Assembly (NCBI RefSeq): GCF_009914755.1
Contig: NC_060934.1
Direction: 5' to 3' (one strand)
Length of the DNA stretch: 64,000 nt
Source: the human T2T-CHM13v2.0 reference genome, Homo sapiens
The notes beneath the pieces are model-generated. The model did not search any database. It saw only the letters and a program-made list of their open reading frames with translations, and was not told the origin of the DNA. The number at the start of each line of letters is the position of its first letter. The stretch's first letter is position 1. Position numbers and translations under genes: made by a program. This document shows positions 38,973 to 53,490 of the stretch, one piece after another.

Positions 38973-40171
38973 AGGTACAAGCTCAGGGCAAAATATTGAG
39001 TTATTAAGTGAAGATATATAACTACAGAAGATAACTGATTTCTAATTGTACTGTACAAGCTTACTATGCTAGTCCACATCCATTTATTTTTCCAAAGATA
39101 TTGAATATCAATGTATTCATTCATTTCCTGCCCCTAAGTTCCTCTCCTGATTTCCTTGGTATCTGAATGTACATTTGGAGATTAAAAAATAAAGTAATCA
39201 TGAGAGTGCTACATAAGGTAAGGAAAAGGGCCACTCACATTTTCTGGAATTGAAGAAAGAGGGGGAAAATTAGAGCTAAACCTGAATGCAAATCAGAAAT
39301 TTACTATAGTTTGAGAAGGGCATCATGATAGACACTGAAACAAAGGAAAGCACAGCATAAAATAATGGTCAGAGTATTACGGTTATCAAACTGATTAAAT
39401 GTCCCCTGTCAAGGTACATGGAAAGACATTTTCAGTAATTCTGCTTCTAGTGAAAGAAAGAGTTAATATATCATACTTGTTACAGAAACCTTAATTCAAT
39501 GCATAACAGACTAAGCATCAAGTTATATTAACTGGCTAAACATTTAAATTATGGAAGGCAAATAGCTGCAAAAGGGAGGAACTGAGAACCACAAAAAGTC
39601 TGCCATTGCTTTTCTGTTTGTTTGAACCACCTACTCAAGTGCTTTATTCAAATTAAAAATGGGATGCACAGAAACAGCTCCCAAGTCTTTCAAAAAACGC
39701 CTTCTTTCTTCACCTGCCTCTTTCCTCATTTAAGAGTAGCACCCACAAGAATGCACCATTAGCTTGCCCTAGACAAACTTCAATTTAGAGTCTTAGGAGA
39801 AGGCCGTCAGCAAATATTAGTCTCTAGGGTTTCCTGAGCAGAGTACTAGCCATATTGTAGGCATTCATTAAACGCTTATTGAATAAATGAGTTACCAAAT
39901 GAAAAAATGAAAAAACATTTTTTACCCCACTGTTGCAATTGTGGATATGGATATGCGACATTAGGAACAGCACTAGGCTTGGGAGAGCAACACCAGGGAA
40001 ATCAGAAACTGTCCCCACACAAAATACTCCTCTTATCTCTTGCAGATAGCAGGTGTTCCCTTAGGGAGGCTTGAGCCTTACATGGCTGATGCTCTCTCCA
40101 GAGGTTTTATGAGGAAGAAGGAAACAATGCCTCATCAAGGGGATCCATCAAGGGATTTGGGAGAAAGGAGG

Positions 40172-40650
40172 GTGTGGCAGGCAGAAGTAATGCCCCTACC
40201 ACAGACATCCATGTCTTAATCCCTGGAACCTACAAATATGTTACGTCAATGGAAAGGAAGATTTTAGGTTGCAGATGGATTAAAATTATGAGTGAGCTGA
40301 AGCTGAGATGGGATAAGTATCTTGGACCACACAGGTGGGCCCAATGTCATCACAAGGGTGAGGCAGAAGAAAAGGTCAGAGTGGAAGAAGGATTTGACCT
40401 GCTGTTGCTGGCTTTGAAGATGGGAGGGGTCTCAAGCTGAGGAATGTGGGCAGCTTCTAGAAGATGACAAAGGCAAGAAAATGGATTCTCTCCTAGGGCC
40501 TCTAGAAAGAAATGCAGCCTGACCACACCTGGATTTTATTCCAGTGAGACCCATTTTCGACTCTGACCTCCAGGACTGTAAGATAATAAATTTGTGTTGT
40601 TTCCCACTACCAAGTTTTTGAGAATTTGTTACAACAACAATAGGAAATAT
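40172..40650 (+). mobile_element. MLT1D-like MaLR solo LTR
   Basis: tgtggcaggcagaa...aatccctggaacct...ggcaagaaaatggattctc...gaatttgttacaacaacaataggaaa. Confidence 0.85.
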
Positions 40651-40879
40651 AAGGTGGGTGAAGAGGATGGAAGGACTTGAGAGGCAGGTAGACTGGTTTT
40701 GTCATTATTAGCTGTGGGGACTGAAGGAAGTTATTTCATCTCTGTGAGGCTTCGTGTGCTCATCACTATAGAGAGTTAAAACTAACAAACTCATAAGACT
40801 GCTTTTAAAACATATATATTTAAAATAATCTATTTAGGGCTTATCTTTACCACTAGATACATTTTTAATTTGAATTTTT

Positions 40880-40990
40880 TCTATTTTTAAATTGACTTCA
40901 CTTTTTTTTTTCAGAACAGTTTTAGGTTCATAGCAAAACTGAGAGGAAGTTATAGAGATTTCCAATATGCCCCCTACCCTCCCACATTTC
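40880..40990 (-). mobile_element. Short L1MC-type 3' end fragment
   Basis: cagttttaggttcatagcaaaactgagaggaagttatagagatttcc. Confidence 0.55.
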
Positions 40991-42534
40991 TACCATAAAT
41001 GACAATGTTATGTTCTGTAAAATGGTCCTCAAGTTACTGTGAGAAGTATATGAATAGTGGAATATGCAAACTTCTAAGTCTGGATGATAACTTACTCCCT
41101 TTCAGGTTTTGCAGCCAATGTAGACTTCATGACTTCAGAGTCGTAAATATAGTGAGATAATTTCAACATCCAAATTGTAACAAAATCATTGCTAGGGTTT
41201 GGAGGTACATTGTGTTCAAAGATTTTTATTAAATTTTGTGATATTGCACAACTTTGATTAGACCATTTTGTGGTTAGGACAAATCTATTTTTATTAACAC
41301 ATCAAATTTTAAGAAATAAGTAGATTTTAAATCCACTTTTTCAGTTTATTAATAAATTACGAGAAAGGCACAAGAGGAAACCTCATAAACGAATGTTTCT
41401 TTTAAAGAAGTATTTATAAATCACAAAGTGACTTGATGTGTAATATATCTAGCTTCAAAGTATATCAACAAGATTATTTCCCTGTTTTCTTTTTCAAGCC
41501 AACTTAAAATTGAGTTCAATATCACTTAAAGATAATAGCTATTTAGATTTTTCAATGCTTTTAAAAGGAAAAAGTAAAGTCTTCTAAAGTGACCATGACA
41601 TGCTTAAGTAAATATTTTTCCCCAAAGATTCACTGTGTAATTTGACTTGAGAAGATATGAGTAAAACATAGACCTGCTACAATATTTTAGGAAATAATTT
41701 ACTATTTCCTCTGATTTTGGAAAGCCCTTTAAAATATACAAAATCAACTGCAATTTCCCACAACACCACTTTTTCTACAGGCTTCACAGCTTGGATAACC
41801 AATAGGGCTGATAAATCAGTTCGTCAACAAGCTCAGAAATCCCAGGAAAAAAATGGACAACTCACTGCTTTTTCTCCTGTATCTGCCCTTTGCTTCGTTG
41901 TCCCCTAAATGACTTCACTACTGAGTTTACGGATCAAAAGACTTTTTCTATGAATACTCACTTCCATTGAAATATGCAGAAATTTTCAGAAAAAGTCAAC
42001 ATTTACTTAGTATAAGGAGCTTTAAGTTTGAACTAGTAGAGTGATCAGCAGGTTTAATTTAACCCTGAAAAACAGCTCAACTAGCTGTCCTATGCAGGTA
42101 CTTATCTCTCTCCCCCAGAGAGCTCAGCTGGCAGCAGTCAAAACCAAAGTGGAAACTTAATAAAAATGAAAATTGTGGTAGCAAAATACACTTACAAGGT
42201 TAATTTGACATATTGCAAAATCTTGGGAAGTTATAGTGGTTTCTAAATATCCACAGTACTGATCTAGAAAAACCCCAAAGAAACAGCTGCATTTGGAGAT
42301 ATAACCTGCCTTATCTGAAGAGAAGACCTCGGAATATCAAGGTTTGTAAGTCTTGAGATGCTTGAATTTGAAGGCAACATTGGTGGAAATTCTATGCACT
42401 TCTTGTTGAGAAACAGCAGGACCATAAAACCCATAGAAGTTATATTTATGTGTTGGGCAAACACATATTTGCTCCAAGGATCACATAGTTAATTTATTTC
42501 ACTAGAGAATGCAGAGGATAAAGAAGTAACATCA

Positions 42535-42783
<249 letters not shown>

Positions 42784-43870
42784 TCATAAAGATGCATCTT
42801 AAAGTGGGTAGCAGGCAAGCATCTCTCAGGATTTCAATTCAGACTTAAGAACTGATCACAATAATCAAGCAATAAATGGAGGAAAAACTTATTCTAATCT
42901 CTAAAGCATAAATTAGGCATTTCTGAAATTCAAAATCAAACTTCTCTGAAGAGGAAGACAGATTAAAGAGAAGTTTTAGTGAAAAATTGTCAGATATTGC
43001 TAAAGAACTGGAAGAAAGGGTAGAAGTGCATTTAATATGAACTGCCTTGGATATAATTATATTTAGGTTTGTCTTCTCTCATTCACAAAATTGCTAGCTC
43101 TTCAGGGCAGGGTCCATTTTTTTTATACAGAGTCTATATTCTTCATAAATTCTGAGAACAAAGTATATATTCAATAAATACCTGTCTCATTCAATTAATG
43201 CTTAATGGGTTGAAATATATTTTGTTGAAATTACACAAATGTCAGAACAAAAAGAAACCAAGCTCCTCTCTGAAAACAGGCTTGTCCTCATAATATTCTT
43301 CTCTATGTTTTAATTACCATTTCTTTATGTTTTAATCAGCATTAAAAATAAAAGTCTGTCTCATTCAAAACATGAAACAACTTTCCATTTTTGTTTGCCA
43401 TTGATTTTTTTGCTGTCTGTTCGTAATCACAAATAATGAATATCTGCTTTGTATCATTCACTCCTTAGTAGAATAAAGAGCAATCAAAGTCTGAGTTGAA
43501 AGAAACCTAAGTAACTGACTCTTTAGAAAGCACCATCTTGGAAGAATGTTAACAAGAATTTGTCTGCTATTATTTGTTTGAATCATGCAGAAGAGAAAGC
43601 TGAGGGGAAAACAATGATAGATGTGAAACATATGAATATAATATGAAAATTGGAACCTCCCCCTCCTGAGAGAAGAGAATATTAAAGTGTATAAGGCACT
43701 GATAGGAGATGTCAAACCTGATTCTGGAAATTCTTTAACTTGGGATTGTAAATGGTAATACAATGATCTATTTGAGTTACAGCAGTACAACTGACACAGG
43801 AAAGAAAGAGTTGACATAAGCCACTTACTCACTATGTGCCCGCTTAACCTCTTTACATTTCAGGTTTTTT

Positions 43871-43944
43871 TTTTTTTTTTTAATGAGAATAAGTTAGTAG
43901 CCACCACTTTTTTTTTTTAATGAGAATAAGTTAGTAGCCACCAC
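43871..43944. repeat. Perfect 37-bp tandem duplication inside a MIR
   Basis: (T11-aatgagaataagttagtagccaccac) twice, at 43871-43907 and 43908-43944. Confidence 0.97.
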
Positions 43945-45684
43945 ATAGGTCTATGATGTGCATTAAATAACATAGTACACATGAAATACTCAGCACAGTT
44001 TCTGACACAGAATAGGTGCTTAATAAATCTAAGCTATGGGAATGGAAGCAATAAGCCAGAGACACGCGTAAAGCTTCCTCAGTGTTGCCTAAATTATAGG
44101 TGTGAGTCATGTTTTGTGAAAGTACTTCATTTTTCCTTTGCACTCAGCACAAGGAACCCTGGTTTATGAATTTTATGGCAAAACACAAGAGAAGAGAGTC
44201 CCAACATGCTGCAGACTTTTTAAAGTGAAGTGAATGCTTCCAAGGAGTTTCACATATACGAGGTGAGGGACCTGAATTCAGAATTTGTGCAGTAAATGCA
44301 ATGGTAAGCTGGGCTGTACAGTATTTTCACCTCACAGTAGCTGGAACAACTTGAAAGAGGAAATAGAGGGGCCATCTCTTTGAATGTTCAATGTGTAACC
44401 TGTCAGTGAAGACTTTACAGGTTCTGTACAGAGGGAAGGACTCAGGAGTGGAAAATCTCAATTTCTTTCACAGAATACCACCACAGTGAGAAATCTATTG
44501 CATATTGCCTTAGGAAGTTTTATTTATGTTATCAGTTAATAAATTCAGGGAGGCTTGTTCACAGTGACGGGGTATCAATGCCACCCCTCTTCCATACAGT
44601 ACCACATCTTCCCAGCAACAGAGAAAACTACTAGGTCAGCATTCTGAAGCAGGGAAGTTGGGGCTCTGAGTTGACTTATCTATGTCAGGCTTCAAAGGAA
44701 AATGAATGCTAGCTGCATGCTGAGAATTGGGAGGTTGCACTGACCCAGCTATTTGTTCCAGGGGAAACTCGTAAAGTCACTAAGACCAGTGATGGTGTGA
44801 TGCCAGGTTTCTCCCATTTACATTAACCATCCACTCCACGGAGAGCAATAAAACATGAAATTTAAGACCTAAAGTGAAATAGTTCTCGCATAACAATGAG
44901 AGAACAACCTGCCTACTTATTTTTATTTGAATTGTACATTTATTTTGAAAATTTAGATGAAAATTTGAATAGCTATGACTGAAAACAGTAAGTTTTGGGG
45001 AAAAGCTCCCCCAACCCTAAATCAGAGTGTGTTTTCAGAAGCTAAAGTCTAAAAATACAAAGAGTCAAGCAGAATTTAAACGTGACCAAAGTTTGAAAAT
45101 AGAGCAGTATAAAAAGCCACAAATATGTTAATAGGATCTAGAGCATAAATTCAGCATAATCATTATTCCTTGGTCACGGGGAAGTTAATGATGCTATTTT
45201 TCTTTTTCTTTTCTTTATTCAGTTTAACAAGAATATCACCTAGCTTTTGGCATTTTAAATGTAAAGCTCACAGTAAGTTGACAATTATTTCTCTACTTTG
45301 GGAAATCAATGGCTATAGAGTCAGAAGATAAGTATTTGAACCTCTGCATCCTTTAATAGCCCTGTAATCTTGGACAACTTAATCTCTCAGGCTTCACTTT
45401 TTTCCATCAATTAAAAGGGAGCAACACTACTGACCTTACAAGGCTGCCATGAGGATTAAATGAATTACTCACATAAAAGCCTTCCTTCAAACATAAAGTG
45501 CTACACAAACAGAAGGCATTCCTAGGTAATATTCTTGTTTCCACCTCTCCACTGTTGAAAGAGCAGCTTTAGAAAGGGATAACAGAATTGACTTCTCTCA
45601 AAGCATTAAGACTGATCATTACATCAACACCCCAGCGACAATGGAAGACTATTCCTGGGTATAGGCAGAGCAGGATTTGATTTT

Positions 45685-45791
45685 TTTGTGTGTGTTTCGT
45701 AAAATATACATAAAATTTACTGTTTTAACCTATTTTACATATACAGTTCAGTAGCATTGAGTATGTTCACTTTGTTCTATAACAGTCACCA
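45685..45791 (-). mobile_element. L1MB-type extreme 3' end (left half of an element split by L1PB)
   Basis: aaaatatacataaaatttac...acagttcagtagcattgagtatgttcac is collinear with the intact copy at 2270-2370. Confidence 0.75.
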
Positions 45792-45795
45792 TCAA

Positions 45796-48700
45796 GCTGC
45801 TGGTTTTCAAGATGCCTGTCTAGTGACATCAGATGCCAGCTCTTTTCAGAAAGATCAAAGTTATCTGTGAATGGACAAGTTCCAAATGCAAAACTTACAG
45901 AAGAGATCCAGGACCTGACAGAGTGCCCAGGGGAAAAAGCTGAGATGCAGAAAAAAAAAGCAGCAAGGGTCTGGCAGAGATTGACCCCTGAGGAACTCAG
46001 AACCCTGTGCTAAGGGGTAGTGGGTGTGCTTCTCTGCTCCCTTCACCCCTGCAACAATTCACTGACTGTCAAACTGTTGGGGAGCCCCTCTGCCCTCTGG
46101 ATCACGGGCAATGCTGTCAGTGGTGACTTGGGGGAATTTTCCAGGGGCAAAGAACCAGGTGGCCAGCTCATGTTAAGCATGCCTACACTCCCCTCAGACC
46201 TGAACTGACATGGCTGAACTGAGCCATGCTGGTTGTGCACCTGTGGTGGGACACTGCCCTGCCCAGGGAATCTCTGCCCTTGAGTCACCACACCACGAGA
46301 TTCCCCACAAACATACCCCACAACCCATTCTGTCTCTGGCAAACATGGGGCTGTTGGGTCCCTGTGGAGCTGTGGGAGCCCTGGAGATCTCACCCTTGGT
46401 GGGCTGCCCTGAAGGCAATGGGGAGCACAGCCCACTAAAGTCTCCCTTGGGACAAAGGAAATGAAGGAAGTGGCACCAATCGGTGAAGGGGGTAGCACTG
46501 ATGGCTAGGAAGGGTTGTGGAGAGGGAGTCATCCACCCCTTGCCACCTTTAGCCACTGTTGAGGATGCAGTAGTGGTTCTTCTGGCTGGGGGCTGGTATA
46601 TGTGCACCTGGAGAAAGCACTTATCACACTTTTTGTAGTGAATCCACACTCGCTGAAAGTGAGCCCATGCTGCTTGGGCTTGCACAAAGGGCAGGGCCCA
46701 ACTCCCTGACCCTACACAAAACAGCAGCATCCTGGCAATGGAGGACACAGACAAGCCACAGAGTTGTCTGCTCTGGACTGGGGGAAGGGGCTCTGCCCCA
46801 AGACCATCTTGGTGGTAGCTGCCAAAATGGTATATCAGTAGCCCATAGCCACATTGCAGCTGGGAACCAAAGGAAAAAGTCTTTATGAACTGAAGGCTGG
46901 GAGCCCTGTGACATGGTGTGATAGGGGAAGCAGCTGGCATTCCTGCCTGGTCAGGATGAGGAGCTGGTGCACTTCCCCAACTGCTCCTTCCCCAAAGACC
47001 TCAGCATGCTCCAACAAAATCTCCTCCCCTCTATATCAGGGCAGGTGCTTCCGCTCATCATCAATCTACCTGTGGGTGGGCCAGCTCTTACTCATAAGTG
47101 CCACCTACTGGACTAGAGCTTGAACTCCACCACCAAATAAAACACCTGCTGCCAGAAGGGCTGAGTGCTAGTGTATGTGATGAGACTTCCATACCCTCAG
47201 CCAAGCAGTAGATAGAGTGTTAGCTCATATGTCAAATATATTGCTACAACAAGCAGCATCCGAGAAAGCCACCACACAAAAGCTACCCACAATGAAGGAC
47301 CCATACAGCACCTTGGTCCTCTGAAAGCACCTGGAAAGGAGGCCAAATGATCATACACAACATACAACATACCCTCAAGATAAAAAAGAATTACAAAATG
47401 TAAAAGTCCTATCAAAAGGACAGAAAATTAAAAAATAAACGTGACAGATCCCTCATATGAGAAGGAATCAGTGCAAGAACTCTAGTAGCAAAAAAAAACC
47501 TAGAGTGGATTGACACCTCCAAAGTATTTCATTTGCTCTGTAGCAATAGGTCCTAACAAAAATGAAAAGTCTGAAATGGCAGACAAATAATTCAAAATAT
47601 GGATTTTAAGGAAACTCAATGAGATCCAAGAGAAAGTTGAAATCCAATACAAAGAAACCAGAAAAACAATTCAGGCTATAAAAGATGAGACAGCTATGTC
47701 AAAAAAAGAAAAAAAACCCAAACAATTAGAACTTCTGGAATGAAAAAATTCATGGAAAGAATTTCAAAATACAGTTGGAAGCTTTAACAATAACCTAGAC
47801 AAGCAGAAGAAAGAATTTCAGAGCTTGAAATGTGGTCTTTCAAATTAATCCAGTCAGACAAAAATAAAAAAGAATTTAGAAAAATGAAGAAAGCCTTTGA
47901 AAAATATGGGATTATGTAAAGTGAACAAACATACAACTGGTTGGTATTCCTGAGAGAGAAGAAGAAAAAGAAAGCAACCTGGAAAACATATTGGAGACAG
48001 TAATTCAGGAAAATCTTACTAACCTTGCTAGAATCATCAACATCCAGATATAAGAAATTTAGAAAACTCTCGCAAGATACTACATAAGATGATAGTCACC
48101 AAGGCCTATAATTATCAGACTATCCAAGGTCAACATGAAAAAAAAATTCTCAAAGGGAGGCACCTGAAAAAAAGGGATAAATTACCCATAAAGGAAATAC
48201 CATTAGACTAACAGTGGACTTCTCTGTAGAAGCCTTACAAGCAAGAAGAGATTGGGGGTATATTTTTAACTCTCTAAAGGAAAAAAAAAAAAAGTCAGCC
48301 AAGAATTTTATACCCTGCCAAACTACACCTCATAAATGAAGGACAAATAAAGTTTTCCCAGATGAGCAAATGCTAAGGGAACTCTTCTTTACCAGACCAG
48401 TCCTACAAGAAAAGCTCAAAGAAGTTCTAAACATGAAAACAAAAGAACAATGCTTGCTACCATAAAAGTACACATAAGGCCAAAGTACACGGATCCTATA
48501 AAGCAATTACACAATTGAGAATACAAAGTAACTAGCTAACAACACTATGGCAGGAACAAAACCTCACATATCAATATTAACCTTGAACATAACAGCATAA
48601 AAGCCCCACCTGAGAAACACAGATTGGCAAACTAGATTAAAAAAAACAAGACCCAACCATCTACTGTTTTCAAGAGACCAATGTCACACATTATGACAGC

Positions 48701-51700
48701 CACAGTCTCAAAACAACAGAATGGAGAAAGATCTATCACACAAATGGAAAACAAAAAAGAGTAAGGGTTGCTATTCCTGTGTGAGATAGAAGAGACTTTA
48801 AAACAAACACATTAAAAAAAAAAGACAAAGAAGGGTATTATATAATGATAAAGGGTTCAATTCAATCAGAAAATTCTACTATTTTAAATGTATGTTTACT
48901 CAACATCGGAGCACCAAGATTTAGAAAACAAATACTACTAGACCTAAAGAGAAGAGACAGACAGCCTTACAATAATAGTAGGGGGTTTCAACACCATGCT
49001 GACGGCACTAGATAGAACACTGAGGCAGAAAACAACAAAGAAAATCTGGACTTAAATTGGACTCTTGACCAAATGGACCCAGTAAACACCACAGAACACT
49101 GCATCCAACAACCACAGAATGTATGTTTTTCTCATCTGTGCACAGAACAGTCTCTAAAATTGACTATATGATTGGCCATATAGCAAATCTTAATACATTT
49201 AAAAACATCAAAATCATATCAAGCATCTTCTCAGACCACAGTGGAATAAAATCAGGAATCATACCAAGAGGAACTATCAAAAACCACATAAGAACATGGA
49301 AACCAAACAAACAACTTGCTGCTGAATGACTTTTGGGTAAACAAAAGAATTAAAGCACAAATCAAAATATGTTTTGAAACAAGTGAAAATAGAAACAAAA
49401 TATCCAAATCCCTGGGATACAGCAAAAGCAGGGCTAAGAGGAAAGTTTATTCTGCTAAATGTTTACATCAAAAAGATAGAAAGATCTCAGATTAACAACC
49501 CAATGTCACATCTAAAAGAACTAGAAAAATGAGAACAAACCAAACCCAAAGATAGAAGAACAAAAGAATTAACAAAGATCAGAGCAGAATGACATAAAAT
49601 TGTGACCAACAAAATATACTAAAGATCAACGAAATGAAAAGTTGGTTCTCTGAAAGGATGAACAACATTGATAGACCAGTAGCTACATTAACCAAGAAAA
49701 AGAATATTCAAATAAGCATAATCAAAAAATGACAAGGGTGACATTACAACTGATACTGCATAAATACAAAAGATTCTCAGAAGCTATTATGAATATCTCT
49801 ATGCACACCACCTAGAAAACCTAGAGGAGATGGATAAATTCCTGGAAACACACAACTTCACAAGATTGAATCAAGATGAAATTAAAATGCTGAACAGACC
49901 AATAATGAGCTAGAAAATTGAATTAGTAACAAAAAATCTACAAACCAAAAAAGAAAAACAAAAATTCAGGACTAGACAGACTCATGGCCAAATTCTACCA
50001 GACTTACAAAGAAGCTGGTACCAATCTCAATGAAACGATTCCAAAACACTGAGGCGGAGGCATTCTTCCCCAACTCATTCTATGAAACCAGTATCATCCA
50101 AAATCTGGCAAGGACACAATCAAGGAAGAAAACTATAGGCCAATATCCCTGATGTACACAGACACAAACATTCTTAATGAAATGCTAGCAAATTGAATCT
50201 AGCTGCACATCAAAAAGATATTTCATCGTGATCAAGTGGGTTTTATTTCTGGTATGCCAGGATGGTTCAGCATACACAAATCAAGGTGATTCACCACATA
50301 AACAAAAACCATATTATTATCTCAATAAATGCAAAAAATGCATTCAATAAAATCCAACATCCTTTCACAATAAAAACCCTCCAACGAACTAGGCATCAAA
50401 GGAACTTAACTAAAAATAATAAGAGCCATACATGGCAAACCCACAGCCAACATCATACTGAATGGTGAAAAATTGAAAGCATTTCCCCGATATGGTTTGG
50501 GCTCTGTGTCCCCAACCAAATCTAATCTCAAATTGTAATCCCCATGTGTCGGGGGTTGGGGGTGATTAGGTCATGGGGGCAGTTTTCCCCATGCTGTTCT
50601 CATGACAGTGAGTTCTCACAAGATCTGATGGTATTTAAAGTGTTTGACGGTTCCTCCTTCACAGGTGCTCTCTCATGTGCTGCCATGTAAGAAGTGCCTG
50701 CTTCCCCTTCTGCCATGATTATAAGTTTCCTGGGGCCTTCCCAGCCATGCAGAACTGTTAGTCAATTAAATTTCTTTACTTTATAAATTATCTCTGGCAG
50801 TTCTTTATAGCAGTGTAAAAATGGACTAATACACTCCCTAGGAATGGGAGCAAGACAAGGATGTCTACTCTCATTTCTCCTATTCAACATATTACTGGAA
50901 GTCCTAGTCAGAGCAATTAGGTGTGAAGAAGATATAAAAGTAATACAAATAGGAAAAGAAGAAGTAGAATTATCTCTGCTAGCTGATGACATGATCCTAT
51001 ACCTAGAAAGCCTAATGACTGCTCCAAAGGACTCCTAGACCTGATAAATGACTTCAGTACAGTTTCAGGATACAAAAATAATGCACAAAAAAATCAGTTG
51101 CATTCCTATACACCAGAAACACTCAAGCTGAGAACCAAATCAAACACTCAATCCCACTTACATTTGCCACAAAAAATACTATATCTAAAAATGCATTTAA
51201 CTAATAAGGTAAAAGATCTATACAAGGAGAACAACAGAATACTGATGAAAGAACACATAGATGACACAAACAAATTGGAAAACATCCCATGCTCATACAG
51301 AGGAAGAATCAAGATTGTTAAAATGATTATACTGCCCAAAGCAATCTACAGATTCAGTGAAGTTCCTACCAAATTACCTACATCATTTTTCACAGAATTA
51401 GAAAAAAACAATTCTAATTAGCCAAAGCAATCCTAAGCAAAGAGAACAAGGCTGGAGGCATCACATTACCCAAACTCAAAGTATACTACAAGGCTACAGT
51501 ATCCAAAACAGCATGGTATTGGTACAAAAACAGACAAAGATCAATGGAACAGAATACAGAACACAGAAATAAATCCATATACCTACAACTAACTGATATT
51601 GACAAAGTCAATAAAAACAAACAATGAAGAAAGTACACCCTATTCAGTAAATTATGTGGGGGAAAACTGGCTAGGGATACGCAGTAGAATGAAACTGGAA

Positions 51701-52853
51701 CACCACCTTTCACCATAGACAAAAATTAAGTCAAGATAGATTAAATACTTAAATGTAAGACCTGCAACTATAAAAATACTAGAAGAAAACCTAGGAAAAA
51801 CTACTTTGGACGTTGGCATATTCAAAGAATATATGACTAAGACCTCAAGAGCAAATGTAACAAAAACAAAAACAGACAAATGGGATTTAATTAAACTAAT
51901 TAACAGAGTAAATAGACAATTTACAGAATGGGAGACAATATCCACAAACTGTGCATCTGACAAAGGTCTAATATCCAGAATCTATAAGGAGCTTATACAA
52001 ATCAACAAGAAAAACAAAACAAAACAACCCCATTAAAAAGTGGGGCAAGGTCATGAACAGATACTTCTCAAAAGAAGACATACAAGCAACCAACAAACAT
52101 ATGGATAAATGTTCAACATCACTAATCATCAGAGAAATGCAAATCAAAATCGCAATGAGTTACCATCTCACACCAGTCAGCATGGCTATTATTAAAAAGT
52201 CAAAAAACAATAGATGCTGGCAAGGCTGCAGAGAAAAGGAACGCTTATACACTGTTGGTGGGAACGTAAATTAGTTTAACCCCTACGGAAAACGGTATGG
52301 AGATTTCACAAGGAACTAAAAATAGAACTACCATTCTACTCAGCAATCCCACTACTGGGTATCTACCCAAAGGAAAAAAAAATCATTTTATCAAGAAGAC
52401 ACCTGCACACGTACGTTCACTGCAGCACTATTCATAATAGCAAAGTCAGGGAATCAAGCTAAGTGTCCATCAATTGTGAACTGGATAAAGAAAATGTGGT
52501 ATACATACACCACAGAATACTATGCAGCCATAAAAAACGAAATTGTGTCCTTTGCAAAAAAAAAAAAAAAACTAAAACAGAAGATCAAATACCCCATATT
52601 TTCACTTATAAGTAAGAGCTAATCAATGGGTACACATGATATAAAGATGGAAAGAATGGGATATGCATTCTAGACACTGGGCACTCCAGAAAGGGTAAGG
52701 ATGGGAGTGGGGAGAGAGTTGAAAAATTCCCTATTGGGTACTATGTTCAATATTTGGGTAATGGGTTTACTAGAAGCCCAAACGCCAGCATTACACAATA
52801 TACGCATGTAACAAATCTGCACAGGTGCCACCTGAATTTATTTTTTAAAAGCC
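45796..52853 (+). mobile_element. Full-length, inactive L1PB (L1PB3/4-like) LINE-1, antisense to RNLS, containing a THE1 LTR
   Basis: 5' ttcaagatg...ctag start, about 1.65-kb 5' UTR, shattered ORF1 (from about 47457) and ORF2 (from about 48547; [14 protein letters not shown] motif), L1PB-type 3' UTR. Degenerate TSD aacagtcacca (45781-45791) / aacaatgacca (52854-52864). Confidence 0.93.
50488..50833 (+). mobile_element. THE1D-like solo LTR inserted in L1PB ORF2
   Basis: gatatggtttgggctctgtgtcccc...ggactaataca; TSD ttccc/ctccc. L1 ORF2 sequence resumes directly afterwards. Confidence 0.92.
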
Positions 52854-53490
52854 AACAATGACCACTATCCATCTCCTAAACTTTTTCATCTTCCTAAACT
52901 GAAACTCCATATCCCTTAAACAATAAGTAACTATTCTCCCTTCCCCAGCCCTGGCAACTACCATTCTATTTCTGTCTGTATTAATTTGACTACTCTAGGC
53001 ACCTCGTATAAATGGAGTCATACAGTATTTGTCCTTTTGTAACTGGTTTATTTCACTTAGCATGATGTCCTCAAAGTTCATATATTTTGTAGTAGGTCAG
53101 GGTTTCCTTCCTTCTTAAGGCCAAATGATATTCCACCATATGTATATGTCACAATTTGCTTATCCATTCACCCTTCAATGGACGCTTGAGTTGCTTCTAC
53201 CTTTTAGCTATTGTAAATGATGCTGCTATGAACATTGCTGTACAAATTCAGTTCAAGTCCCTGCTTTCACTTCTTTTGGGTAGATACTCAGAAGTGGAAT
53301 TGCTGGATCATATGGGAAATCTATCTTTAATTTTTTGATAACCACATCATTTTCCATAGGCTGTACCATTTGCATTCCCACCAGAAATGCACAAGGGTTC
53401 CAATTTCTCCACATCCTCACCAATACTTATTTGCTGTTTGTTCTGTTTTTGTTTTTAATAATAGCCATCCTAATGAGTGTGAAATAGCCA
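52854..53490 (-). mobile_element. L1MB-type 3' region (right half of the split element)
   Basis: atccatctcctaaactttttcatcttcctaaactgaaactc... is collinear with 2370-2990. Confidence 0.85.
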
